Virus record (IMG/VR): IMGVR_UViG_3300027785_000131
Span: 1-25,321 of that record
Source of the DNA: a virus
Taxonomy: Duplodnaviria; Caudoviricetes
DNA: 25,321 nucleotides
Direction: 5' to 3' (one strand)
The position numbers were made by a program, and so were the translations under genes. The notes beneath the pieces were generated by a model that saw only the letters and a list, made by a program, of their open reading frames with translations, did no database searches and was not told where the DNA came from. Position 1 is the stretch's first letter; every line of letters begins with the position of its first letter. This document shows, piece after piece, positions 1 through 9,038 of the stretch.

Positions 1-252
1 GACAAGATTAACCACGCCTTCTTCCATGGGTTTACCCTCCAGAGGAAAAACCCCTTTGAGGACCCCTCAGCCTCGTCTAAGGCCTCTACTGGTAGACCGC
101 GATATAGAGGTAGGGATGCACGGGCTTTAATCCTGGCTATTGCTGGTAGGTATGGTGAACCTGGGCAGGTTGTAGTAAGGACTGTTTCCTGTTCTTCTTA
201 TTACTGTGTCAACCCTAACCATTACTACTGGGGGAGTAGAAGTGATGTTCAG

Positions 253-1008
253 TTGGAGCGGTTGAGACGTAACGGAACTTCTTTGTCAAGAGAAACAATT
301 AAAAAAATTAGGACTTTAAGGAATAATGACCCTCAGCGTTACACCTATCAAAAACTTTCTGATGAATTCCATCTTTCTTATAGTGTTATACGTGGAATTT
401 GTAATAAGGGTATTTACTTACCGTCCAGTCCAACAGCACAGAAGCTTGTTATAGTTCCAGAGAAACTAGGCGTTAGCTCTGAATCCCTTGAAATTACAGA
501 AGAGGATGTAATGGACTACTCAAACATTGAATGCATATGGGGGCATAAAGGTAAGTTTGGATTGATGGGTGAGTGCTTGACCTGTATGGAAGAAATAGAA
601 AAAGGGAAATGTGAAATAAATCTTAAATCTTTTGCTTTTGATAAATATTGGACCGTCCGTAGTTTTTGGGACAAGGTTGTTATACCAAAAGATTTGGACA
701 CCAAAAAATGCTGGGTGTGGAAAGGCGGCAGAAAACCCAACAACGAAACCGTTGCGTATATGCCAAGTCCTTTCCATTCGGCTAAAGCACAGACAGCATC
801 GCGAGTTGCATTCTGGGTTTCAAGGGGTTATACAGGAAAGTACAGAATCATGCACACACAAGATTGTGAATCTGGCTGCTGTAACCCAACCCACTTAACA
901 ATAAAAGGATTAAAGTTAGGAGACCAGCCAGAACAGCTTACTAACTACGACCTTACCTATGGAAACATCTTTGAACAAGTTAGAAAAAGTAACGCAGAAG
1001 CACAGTGA
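253..1008 (+). CDS. His-Me finger (HNH-type) endonuclease with N-terminal HTH-like and Zn-binding segments
   Basis: FWDKV..CWVWKGG..ASRVAF..IMHTQDCESGCCNPTHL resembles phage HNH homing endonucleases; N-terminal YQKLSDEFHLSYSVIRGI is HTH-like; CxxxH..CxxC in between. TTG start uncertain. Confidence 0.7.
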   Translation: MERLRRNGTSLSRETIKKIRTLRNNDPQRYTYQKLSDEFHLSYSVIRGICNKGIYLPSSPTAQKLVIVPEKLGVSSESLEITEEDVMDYSNIECIWGHKGKFGLMGECLTCMEEIEKGKCEINLKSFAFDKYWTVRSFWDKVVIPKDLDTKKCWVWKGGRKPNNETVAYMPSPFHSAKAQTASRVAFWVSRGYTGKYRIMHTQDCESGCCNPTHLTIKGLKLGDQPEQLTNYDLTYGNIFEQVRKSNAEAQ

Positions 1009-1303
1009 AATTATACTTACTTGCTACCACGAAATAAATCCTAAGTGGATTGGAGTAATAGCTATAGGGCCTGATAAATACTGGACAGAACCTAACGCGG
1101 ATAAAGATGAGATAGAAAGCGATCTACGCATATTGGAAAAAAGATTAACTTATGAATTAATAGAAACAAAAGAAATGGAAGGGGTTTACCCTGAACGCGC
1201 TACAATAATAGAAGAAAAATATCAAGCAAGTGGTAGGGACAACGGCCTATACACTGGCTTAAATTTAATCAATGGCACTATACCTGACAGCACTTCCGAC
1301 TAA
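959..1303 (+). CDS. hypothetical phage protein
   Basis: 114-aa ORF overlapping both neighbours in a co-oriented run. Confidence 0.6.
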   Translation: METSLNKLEKVTQKHSEIILTCYHEINPKWIGVIAIGPDKYWTEPNADKDEIESDLRILEKRLTYELIETKEMEGVYPERATIIEEKYQASGRDNGLYTGLNLINGTIPDSTSD

Positions 1304-1964
1304 CTTAGGATTCACAAACCTCGGTACAGTTCAGGCCTACCCAACTGGTGGTACTGGGCCAACTGCTTACGGTCCGACAAGTTATTTTGGTAGTGACCCA
1401 CTACCATCAAGACCTGGCGATAGCGTTAATAACCCAATTAACCTCGGTGATTTAAGTTCATTTAGTTCTATTTCTAAGTCGTTAACAATTTCAAATTCTC
1501 ACGGCGGTTTAACAAGAATTCAAACAACATTTTATAAAATGCGTTTACTTCAAGCGCGTGCAGTACAGTTTACACAGAACTTCAGCCAAACTTCTTATGA
1601 CTCCAAAACAAATAGAAATACAATACTGTCGTTTTACGTAATTGAAGACGGTACACATAGAAGAGAGCTTCCAATAAACTCCAATGGCTACGTGTACGAT
1701 ATGTCCGGTGTTCCATACTCTGATTCAGATACGGACATAGTTGAAAGCCAGACAAAAGATTATCCAAGCATTATGCTTGCACCTAAAGATTATTTATTTT
1801 TAATAACAAATGATATTCGTTATATTGAAACAACTTACTCAATTGGATTAATAACATCTATTAATGATTGGAGGTATTCCGATGAAACATCTGAAAAGGA
1901 TATTAACTTTGATTCAATAACAGCGGCAGTAGACCTTGAGTTCGATTTTGGCAATGTGACTTAG
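1272..1964 (+). CDS. hypothetical protein, possibly virion structural
   Basis: 230 aa, G/T/S/P-rich N-terminus, acidic C-terminal DFG-type ending. Confidence 0.6.
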   Translation: MALYLTALPTNLGFTNLGTVQAYPTGGTGPTAYGPTSYFGSDPLPSRPGDSVNNPINLGDLSSFSSISKSLTISNSHGGLTRIQTTFYKMRLLQARAVQFTQNFSQTSYDSKTNRNTILSFYVIEDGTHRRELPINSNGYVYDMSGVPYSDSDTDIVESQTKDYPSIMLAPKDYLFLITNDIRYIETTYSIGLITSINDWRYSDETSEKDINFDSITAAVDLEFDFGNVT

Positions 1965-2000
1965 TTTATGCTACGCTATTAGTAGCAAACTACTTGTACT

Positions 2001-2195
2001 ATGAAAGTCGTCACTGTTGAGCAGCTTCAGTCAGATTTCGACGCTATCATGGACGATGTTGTTTTAAATCTAGAACATTATAAAATTACTACTGAAACTT
2101 ATGCGGTGATGCTTCTACCAATGGAGTCTTACGGGATATTGCTTGGGGCCTATGACGAGTGGCTAGAAGCAGGAAAACTATCAGTTATTCCTTAA
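2001..2195 (+). CDS. Phd/YefM-like antitoxin (orphan)
   Basis: MKVVTVEQLQSDFDAIMDDV..HYKIT..AVMLLPMESY follows the Phd/YefM pattern; 64 aa. Confidence 0.6.
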   Translation: MKVVTVEQLQSDFDAIMDDVVLNLEHYKITTETYAVMLLPMESYGILLGAYDEWLEAGKLSVIP

Positions 2196-2228
2196 CAAGC
2201 ACTATTTAAAACCTTATAACTCTGTTTA

Positions 2229-3197
2229 TTAAGTTGTTTTAACCGGGTTTTGTGCTGCTGCTTTAGCAAGTAAATCTGCTCTTGCTTTTTCAACAGCAGC
2301 AACATCCTCACTTGGAGTAGCAGGTGCAGTAGCAGTAGCAGGAGCAGGTGCAGATGCAGCAGCTTTTGTTGGAGTAAAGAAAGATCCCTCTTTGTTGTAA
2401 CCCTTACCTGCTAAGGTTTTAATTTCCTCTAAATCAGAGGTATACATATGCCTACTTAATTCAGGATTATAGAAACGTTGTACTTCTTGTGTATCTGCCT
2501 GAGCAGTATCATAAACTTTACCTACATCACCTTCATAATTAAACCCCTGAGAAACGGCAGAATCCCGTTCTTCTTTTGATGTTGTAAATAAATGGTTAGG
2601 TCCACCCGGTTTATCACCTGGTCTATACAAACGATACAAAGTACTTGCACCTGCAGTAGTGTCACTAGGATCCAGTGTTTTGAATGCAGTATCACCTTCT
2701 TTGACATAACCACTTAAAAATTCTTTGTCTGGCGTTGAGCTATAAAAATGTTGTTGAGTGCTTGGATTATAGTAACGATTAAATTCACGTAACTTGGAAC
2801 CTGCTGCAGTTACTGGGGTAGTAGTGTCCTTTACTGCATCAAGATAATCTTTTTGTTTCTCGTCAGCAATTGTAGATGCTGCTGTAGTTGCAGTTTTGTA
2901 TAAAAGTTCTTTAGGAATGCCAGTGGTTTCAGCTAAATATTTATCTCCTTTAGGAAGCGAAGATAAATAAGTTGCAGCGGCTTGATACTTTGTTTGTTCT
3001 TGGGTTTCGCGTAAATCTTTATCTGTTCCTACAGCTGCTATACGACTTGCTTTACTAGCGGCCCCCATGTCTTGGAGGCTTTTTAAATATTTCTCACCAA
3101 CAGCAAACGCTTCTGGTGTTGTAATTGAACGGTACAAGGAAGGCGCCGTAGGCGCAGGCATTATTACTGTAGGTGCGGTTGCTTTCTGACTTCCCAT
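2229..3197 (-). CDS. DUF5648-like repeat protein with Ala/Thr/Pro-rich ends
   Basis: Three repeats of RxYxP...HxY/FTS...GY/FxxEG (RYYNPSTQQHFYSS, RLYRP..NHLFTTSKEERD, RFYNPELSRHMYTS). Confidence 0.65.
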   Translation of the reverse strand: MGSQKATAPTVIMPAPTAPSLYRSITTPEAFAVGEKYLKSLQDMGAASKASRIAAVGTDKDLRETQEQTKYQAAATYLSSLPKGDKYLAETTGIPKELLYKTATTAASTIADEKQKDYLDAVKDTTTPVTAAGSKLREFNRYYNPSTQQHFYSSTPDKEFLSGYVKEGDTAFKTLDPSDTTAGASTLYRLYRPGDKPGGPNHLFTTSKEERDSAVSQGFNYEGDVGKVYDTAQADTQEVQRFYNPELSRHMYTSDLEEIKTLAGKGYNKEGSFFTPTKAAASAPAPATATAPATPSEDVAAVEKARADLLAKAAAQNPVKTT

Positions 3198-3215
3198 AAG
3201 TACCTATTTTTTTAC

Positions 3216-3602
3216 GTGGATCTCTATACTGATATTACTACTAATAAACTGCGCCAGGTGAGTCACCCCTACTGCCCCAAGCGGCATGAAGACGAGGAAC
3301 AAAATCAACTCAGCGTAAGTGATGGTCTTTTTCATGAGGAGGAAAACCCTTTACATATGGCCCAGTTTAACGAACTATTAGCCAGTATGTCTACAAAGAT
3401 TATGCATTCATTAATGACTCAGCAAGAAAAACAAGTAGCAAAAGCTTTTTGGGAGGCTTGTAATTATGGAGGTAGACCGAAACCAGGGGATTTAAAAAAC
3501 ATGGAAGACAAGAGAATTTATTACGAATGGGTTCTACGGCTTGCTCATTTAAAACAGTGTGAAAAGTTCTTAAAAAACGTTAAGATACCTATAGAAACGT
3601 AA
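3216..3602 (+). CDS. hypothetical protein
   Basis: 128-aa ORF, first of a co-oriented cluster; true start may be downstream. Confidence 0.55.
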   Translation: MDLYTDITTNKLRQVSHPYCPKRHEDEEQNQLSVSDGLFHEEENPLHMAQFNELLASMSTKIMHSLMTQQEKQVAKAFWEACNYGGRPKPGDLKNMEDKRIYYEWVLRLAHLKQCEKFLKNVKIPIET

Positions 3603-3611
3603 TAGCACCCC

Positions 3612-4193
3612 ATGTTGGCGGATTATCTGGTTGAAGAAGGGGAGTTACCGGCCTTACCGCCAGTAAAAAAACCTTCTATTGATCCCAATAAATACGTAAG
3701 CTATAGGTTTAACGGTTTAAATATTTCAGAAGTCACAATTGAGAACAGCAAGGAAAAATTAGTCTCCTCGTTAGCGGACCAGGTTGAGATGTTTATACCA
3801 CCATCTGGTAGTTTTGAGGACGCAGACTTAAAAAGGTATTTAGAACTTGTTTGTAGTTACGAAACATCTACAAATGATTTGGTTCTTGGGCTATCACTTG
3901 CAGATCAGATAAGAATTTGTTTTAGTGATATGGTACCAGCAAAAATATGTGCTAAATTTCCCGACATTGACCTTGCAACAAAACGGCGATATAGGTGCGT
4001 TGCAGAATACTTGATTCGGCAAGAAGAATTAATAAAAATGAGGGACGAATCTGGGAAATTAATTAAAGAAGTCGGTAATCTCGGTAAAATGGTAGTAATC
4101 TATAGGCCGCTACCTAAAATAAGAGAAACATTAAAACGCTCAGGGCTGTTTGCATTTATAAAACAGACCCCAGGGGTAACCGAAACCAAATAA
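3612..4193 (+). CDS. hypothetical protein
   Basis: 193-aa ORF, ATG start, tightly packed. Confidence 0.7.
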   Translation: MLADYLVEEGELPALPPVKKPSIDPNKYVSYRFNGLNISEVTIENSKEKLVSSLADQVEMFIPPSGSFEDADLKRYLELVCSYETSTNDLVLGLSLADQIRICFSDMVPAKICAKFPDIDLATKRRYRCVAEYLIRQEELIKMRDESGKLIKEVGNLGKMVVIYRPLPKIRETLKRSGLFAFIKQTPGVTETK

Positions 4194-4262
4194 CTTTTCG
4201 GTTATCCGTCCTATTTTTTATTTTTTCTTTGTTATTATCTCTATTAACTTACAACTTCAAAA

Positions 4263-4670
4263 ATGACTAACTACAGAAAACAAAAACTAGACAAACTAGC
4301 TGGAAACACACCAACCGAAACGGAACGTGTCCTGACTAAGCTTGTCATTGAAAGAGTCTGTGATGACATGTGTGATTTTTATGATCGGTTTTATTATTTT
4401 GAAGGGCCTGGAGCTATGGTTTACGTCCCAACGGCTAAAGAAGAGAAGAATTCAATGTTTTACATGCCGGTTGCAGCACTAATTGCAGCCAAAGAGGACT
4501 TCCAATCAAAAGATATGGATGGAGTTGCCGAGATAATGCGTAAAGCTATTATTAAAGCTGAGACACTTGACTTAGAGAAAGAAGCTTTATTTATTATTCA
4601 AGACCCACAGCATATGTCGTTACTGAATTATAAACGTGAAAAAGGTGTTGCTGACCTTGTTCCTACATGA
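4263..4670 (+). CDS. hypothetical protein
   Basis: 135-aa ORF with ATGA overlap into the next gene. Confidence 0.7.
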   Translation: MTNYRKQKLDKLAGNTPTETERVLTKLVIERVCDDMCDFYDRFYYFEGPGAMVYVPTAKEEKNSMFYMPVAALIAAKEDFQSKDMDGVAEIMRKAIIKAETLDLEKEALFIIQDPQHMSLLNYKREKGVADLVPT

Positions 4671-5287
4671 GTTATTACAAAAACCTACCTCGACATTTAT
4701 TTCTTACAAGAATTTTACGAATTGAAGAGGACTGGTTAACTCCTGTTGAATATTTACCTTATATATACGCTTTACTTGGTGACATTGACTTAGACCCCTG
4801 CACAACTGAACACGCCAATAAAGAATATTTACGTGCAAGAAAGATCTACACATTAAAAGAAGACGGTTTAAATACTAACGAACAGTGGTTAGGAAAAACA
4901 TATTTATTCCCTCCTACATACGGACGTTGCTCTTTTAATAAACAACGCGGTACATGGAGGTGGGGATTGAAAGGAGGCCACACCGGGAAGTCCCCATCTT
5001 CTATTTGGTTTAAAAGGTTAGAAAAAGAATGGAAACTTCGTAATGTCTCAGAAGCTTTATTTTTTTCTACTAGCCATGAAATATTAAGGAGCTGTCCAGA
5101 CATATGGAACTATCCAGTGTGTATACCAAAAGATAGAGCAAGGCTGATACACGGTAAATTTATGAAAGTCTTAGGTGCCCCATTTACGTGGGGGTTTTTT
5201 GTTTACTTACCTAGTACGGATTTAGGTTTTAATCAAATTGAAAGGTTTCAACAAATTTTTTCTAATATCGGTAAAGTCATCTGTTAA
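4667..5287 (+). CDS. phage Dam-like DNA N6-adenine methyltransferase homologue with altered catalytic motif
   Basis: WLTP, DIDLDPCT, YTLKEDGL..W motifs; FPPTYG at the usual NPPYG position. Confidence 0.7.
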   Translation: MSYYKNLPRHLFLTRILRIEEDWLTPVEYLPYIYALLGDIDLDPCTTEHANKEYLRARKIYTLKEDGLNTNEQWLGKTYLFPPTYGRCSFNKQRGTWRWGLKGGHTGKSPSSIWFKRLEKEWKLRNVSEALFFSTSHEILRSCPDIWNYPVCIPKDRARLIHGKFMKVLGAPFTWGFFVYLPSTDLGFNQIERFQQIFSNIGKVIC

Positions 5288-5531
5288 ACAAGCTAGCGCG
5301 GAAGGCGTTTCTAAATCCATAGGTAACGTCACCCGGTCCCGACATAATAAACCTTCCTTCATCTTCACCGTCTGAAGCTACGTTTTGTTTAATTAAATCT
5401 TTTGAATTGTTTATATACCTAGTTAAGAACCTTTTACCAGAGGTATTGTCGGACACACTTGAACCATTAGGACCATCGGTTTCCTCATACCGATTATCAA
5501 CGTCATAATCCTGACTTGTTTCTAATTTCAT
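5277..5531 (-). CDS. hypothetical protein
   Basis: 84-aa acidic ORF filling the intergenic space. Confidence 0.55.
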   Translation of the reverse strand: MKLETSQDYDVDNRYEETDGPNGSSVSDNTSGKRFLTRYINNSKDLIKQNVASDGEDEGRFIMSGPGDVTYGFRNAFRASLFNR

Positions 5532-5561
5532 GCTAGTATTTGGGCAGATACACTTACTGCC

Positions 5562-5945
5562 GTGATTACTTTTCAGTCTACTCCAAGTGAGGATACCATC
5601 TCATTCGACTCTTCTAATCCAGGTTGCAATTTTTCCAGCCGTAGTTTTGACTGGTATGCAGACAACAACTGGGAGACAGAAGCTAGCGATAATTTTTTTA
5701 AGCCTGACTTAAAAGAACTTGATACAGATAACGTGCATGGGCCAGCGCACTACACAAAAAACGAAGATATAGAGTGTATAGAAGCAATTAAAGCAGCATT
5801 AGGAACTGAAAAATTCCGTGGCTACTGTCAAGGTAATGTAATAAAGTATGTGTGGCGTGCTGACCACAAAAATAATACTTTAGAAGATTTAAAAAAAAGC
5901 AGGTGGTATTTAGATAGGCTTATTGCTTCTCATGAAAATAATTAA
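5562..5945 (+). CDS. DUF3310 family protein (T7 gp1.7/SaV-like)
   Basis: DNVHGPAHY..IECIEAI..GYCQGNVIKYVWR..K...EDLKKSRWYL signature. Confidence 0.85.
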   Translation: MITFQSTPSEDTISFDSSNPGCNFSSRSFDWYADNNWETEASDNFFKPDLKELDTDNVHGPAHYTKNEDIECIEAIKAALGTEKFRGYCQGNVIKYVWRADHKNNTLEDLKKSRWYLDRLIASHENN

Positions 5946-6688
5946 ATAGTTTTACTAGAACCAAGGCAACCTTGTTCTTGGTTCCAGTAACGCCAGAAAC
6001 GCCGTAAAGTTTCTTGGGATGGATCAAGTTCAAGTAATTTGCGTTCTAAATATTCAATTGCTTTTACTTGATTCGGCGTACCTAGATAACTTTCTCCTAT
6101 GTTTAAAAGGCATTGATTAAGTTTGCATTTATGTTCAAACAATAATGGTACCTCTTTGTCAGGTGCCATGTACATGTTGAGCTCAACGCGGCGGCGTTCT
6201 TTTAACTTATTGTCAGCACCAAAATAAATTGAATTTATTAATGGGCTCCACTCCTTAATAATTAACTTCTTACTGGCGTAAGAGTTTATTAATTCAAGTA
6301 AATAAGATTCTTTAAAAGCAGCTAGACCTACGCTATGTGCATAACTTAATAGTGCAGATCTTTTTTTACTGTTTAAACTTACAAGTACGTATGCTTGCAC
6401 TTTCTCAGCAAAAGGTTTTAGGTCTTCTACTAATTGCTTGTTTATTTCTTTTGTTGTAGCTTTAGTCTGCCAATTAACTGCATGATTTCTAATTCTCCCA
6501 CTGTCATACCCAATCTTATAGTGATCAGATCCTTGTTCTTTATAGCAACCAAAACGCCCGGAACCTAAGTAAATTCTGGGCGTTGTATATAATTGTATTA
6601 ATTTTATACCGTCTTGATTAAAAAATAAGGGTAAGGTTTCCTTATGGGACAACAACGCTGCCGTTGTAGGTGACTTCTGAGTACCCAT
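5942..6688 (-). CDS. GH24 lysozyme-fold protein, catalytic residues apparently lost
   Basis: GIKLI..IGY..L.EDL..F...V..LN....ALLSYAHSVG..LKERRRVE aligns by eye with the GH24 domain at 10715..11965. Confidence 0.7.
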   Translation of the reverse strand: MGTQKSPTTAALLSHKETLPLFFNQDGIKLIQLYTTPRIYLGSGRFGCYKEQGSDHYKIGYDSGRIRNHAVNWQTKATTKEINKQLVEDLKPFAEKVQAYVLVSLNSKKRSALLSYAHSVGLAAFKESYLLELINSYASKKLIIKEWSPLINSIYFGADNKLKERRRVELNMYMAPDKEVPLLFEHKCKLNQCLLNIGESYLGTPNQVKAIEYLERKLLELDPSQETLRRFWRYWNQEQGCLGSSKTI

Positions 6689-7028
6689 CTAATTCCAGTA
6701 GGACGATGTAGTTTTTGGTTGCATCTGTTACGGTAACAGCAACTACGCCTTTACTGCGGCCATCCTTTGCTATGTTAGCAAAAGTTTTGTACCCTGCCGG
6801 TGCAGTAGAGCCGTTGTAGACATCCTCTTGAAAAATCTCCATGGTATTGACACCATTACTTCTGTCTAACGTAACTATTAGACTACCTGTATTAGCTGGA
6901 TCAACACGGAAACCCCTAATGTTTAAGCCAGTGGTTGTGGATGCAGACGTTGTTCCTTGGTAGGTAACTTCACTTCCAGCATTAACAAAAAAGTTGTCAA
7001 TGGTCCCTTTGATTGTTCTGGTAGGCAT
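6642..7028 (-). CDS. hypothetical beta-rich protein
   Basis: 128 aa, T/G/V-rich, in a co-oriented run. Confidence 0.65.
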   Translation of the reverse strand: MPTRTIKGTIDNFFVNAGSEVTYQGTTSASTTTGLNIRGFRVDPANTGSLIVTLDRSNGVNTMEIFQEDVYNGSTAPAGYKTFANIAKDGRSKGVVAVTVTDATKNYIVLLELDGYSEVTYNGSVVVP

Positions 7029-7033
7029 GGTAA

Positions 7034-7255
7034 TTACGAGAGTTGGCTTTTTGTCAGGTAGTTAAACTTAATTTCAGCGTCTATGCCGTGTTCTTTCATA
7101 ATACCAAAGAACAACTGTTTGTCCATCATTTTTTGATGAAGCATGTCAATAAACGCTTCTTCTAGTTCATCTCTGTCAAGTTGTTTTAAGCTTAGCGCAG
7201 CAGCATGTAGAGCAAACTGTGCATCCACTGGTAGCTCTAAGGCGTTAGTGTCCAT
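7034..7255 (-). CDS. nblA: phycobilisome degradation protein NblA-like
   Basis: 73 aa; LPVDAQFAL...LKQLDRDELEEAFIDMLHQKMMDKQLF..IMK fits the NblA pattern (LxxEQxF..l.reqa..l.elxrQxm). Confidence 0.7.
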   Translation of the reverse strand: MDTNALELPVDAQFALHAAALSLKQLDRDELEEAFIDMLHQKMMDKQLFFGIMKEHGIDAEIKFNYLTKSQLS

Positions 7256-7440
7256 CGGCTCTCCAACTTATACTGTTATTTTAGCAGTTCTAAGTTGCTT
7301 TGTCGCCCGCTCTTTAGGATAAACCAGAGTTGACCCTTGTTAACGTCTTACCTTTACCAAGGCGTTCCATACTTGTTTGGTAAGAACGTAATCCATTTTT
7401 GCTCCATTGCTTGTTTAGACATATTGTGCCTAAAGCATAG

Positions 7441-8334
7441 GTGCTTCCAAAGATTAATCCTGATAAAAGGATAATAGCAAACACTTGCAAACCCGCTTTT
7501 AAACTACTATATTTTAAGCAACCCTACACTCAGGACACAGTGATTGAAAGTACCGTAACAACTGAGTTTATAAAGGCGGCTGTTGCTGGCGTAAGTAAAA
7601 CTCAAGTAATTCGTTACTTTAAAGAAAAATATAAATTTACCAATAAAGACATTGAAGAGCTTGTAGAATCCTGTTCTTTTAACAAGAAACCAAAAAGAAT
7701 TAATTATAATTTATTTTCTAATCGACCAATAACAAAAACAAAACAAGATATAAGATTTCCTTTTACTCAGATTTTTATACATAAGAATTTTTTATCATCA
7801 GAAACATGCAAGCAACTGATAGAGCTAATTAACGATAGGTCAAGGCCATCTACAGTTGCCAATCCAAATGATCAAGTTGTTGTGTCTGACTATAGGACAA
7901 GCAAGACAACTGATTTGCATTATTTTTATTCAATATTTTTAAATCGGTTGGACTGGAAAATTTGTCACTTTATGGACTTAGAACCATTTACTGGTGAAAC
8001 ATTACAAGGGCAAAGTTATTTACCTGGTGAATATTATAAGGAGCACCATGATTTTTTTCATCCAAAAACAAAAGAGTTTTCTATATATACAGAATGGATG
8101 GGGCAACGCACATGGACTGTTATGTGTTATCTAAATGATGTAGAGGAAGGGGGAGAAACTTATTTTAAACATTTAAAACTAAAGGTTAAACCTACAGAAG
8201 GAACTGCTGTTATTTGGAATAATCTATATAGAAACGGTATGCCTAATTATAAAACACTTCACGAAGCATTACCACCGATAAGCAATAATAAATATGTGAT
8301 TACTAAGTGGTTCAGGTCTTGGCCATTAATTTAA
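7441..8334 (+). CDS. 2OG-Fe(II) oxygenase, prolyl 4-hydroxylase-like
   Basis: RTS, HHDFF (HxD), RTWTVMCYLNDVEEGGETYF, HEALP, KYVITKW. Start may be the in-frame GTG at 7540. Confidence 0.9.
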   Translation: MLPKINPDKRIIANTCKPAFKLLYFKQPYTQDTVIESTVTTEFIKAAVAGVSKTQVIRYFKEKYKFTNKDIEELVESCSFNKKPKRINYNLFSNRPITKTKQDIRFPFTQIFIHKNFLSSETCKQLIELINDRSRPSTVANPNDQVVVSDYRTSKTTDLHYFYSIFLNRLDWKICHFMDLEPFTGETLQGQSYLPGEYYKEHHDFFHPKTKEFSIYTEWMGQRTWTVMCYLNDVEEGGETYFKHLKLKVKPTEGTAVIWNNLYRNGMPNYKTLHEALPPISNNKYVITKWFRSWPLI

Positions 8335-8675
8335 TTAGCGGAAATATTAAATTTAACTGTTGCGTTATGACCGCCGCTTTCACTAATAAAATTAGCACGT
8401 ATTTTTTTTACTGGAAACCCGCTGACATTATATGCATAAGTACCATTTGCGGTAATTTTTTCAGCACGCATTACACCAAAATTTATACCGTCAAGACTAC
8501 CCTCTAAATTAACATCAACGTGGGTATGTAGACTATTAACTATAACAACAAATGTATAATTACGTGTGGACAAATAGTTTGTAATATAAACGTCAACAGA
8601 ATCAGTAACCCCAGGAGCGGTAAGTGTCGGGAAATCAAAAAATACCGTTTGTTGATAACCTTCAAAATAACTCAT
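8331..8675 (-). CDS. hypothetical beta-rich protein (paralogue of 8679..9035)
   Basis: LEGSLDGINF...ITANGT...P.KKIRANFIS. Confidence 0.7.
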   Translation of the reverse strand: MSYFEGYQQTVFFDFPTLTAPGVTDSVDVYITNYLSTRNYTFVVIVNSLHTHVDVNLEGSLDGINFGVMRAEKITANGTYAYNVSGFPVKKIRANFISESGGHNATVKFNISAN

Positions 8676-8678
8676 AGT

Positions 8679-9035
8679 TTATTTAGCGCCAATAACAAAA
8701 GAAACAGTTGGTGAGCCTGACGCAAACGAAACTAAATTACAACGAATGTACTTTAATGGCATATCAATGTAAGTTAAAAAAGTTGTACCATTACTGGTAA
8801 CAGTAGTATTACCGGACGTATTTAAATTAAAATAATTTGTCCCATCTAAACTGCCTTCTATTTTAAAAACAACATTACCGCCAACAGGTATTGATGCAGT
8901 AGTAATTTGAATTAAAAAAGCAGTTAAAGATGATATATTCTGTTCTGCAACTTGAAAAGTTGCTACTGTACCTGCTCCTGAAAGAGCGCCTGAGCTAAAA
9001 AATACGCTATCAATAAAACTGGGATCAAAACTCAT
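8679..9035 (-). CDS. hypothetical beta-rich protein (paralogue of 8331..8675)
   Basis: IEGSLDGTNYF...VTSNGT...PLKYIRCNLVS. Confidence 0.7.
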   Translation of the reverse strand: MSFDPSFIDSVFFSSGALSGAGTVATFQVAEQNISSLTAFLIQITTASIPVGGNVVFKIEGSLDGTNYFNLNTSGNTTVTSNGTTFLTYIDMPLKYIRCNLVSFASGSPTVSFVIGAK

Positions 9036-9038
9036 GAT

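Noticed and set aside
7256-7440. Possible small gene between nblA and the hydroxylase
   Set aside because: Only short frames without a convincing start or motif; left unannotated.
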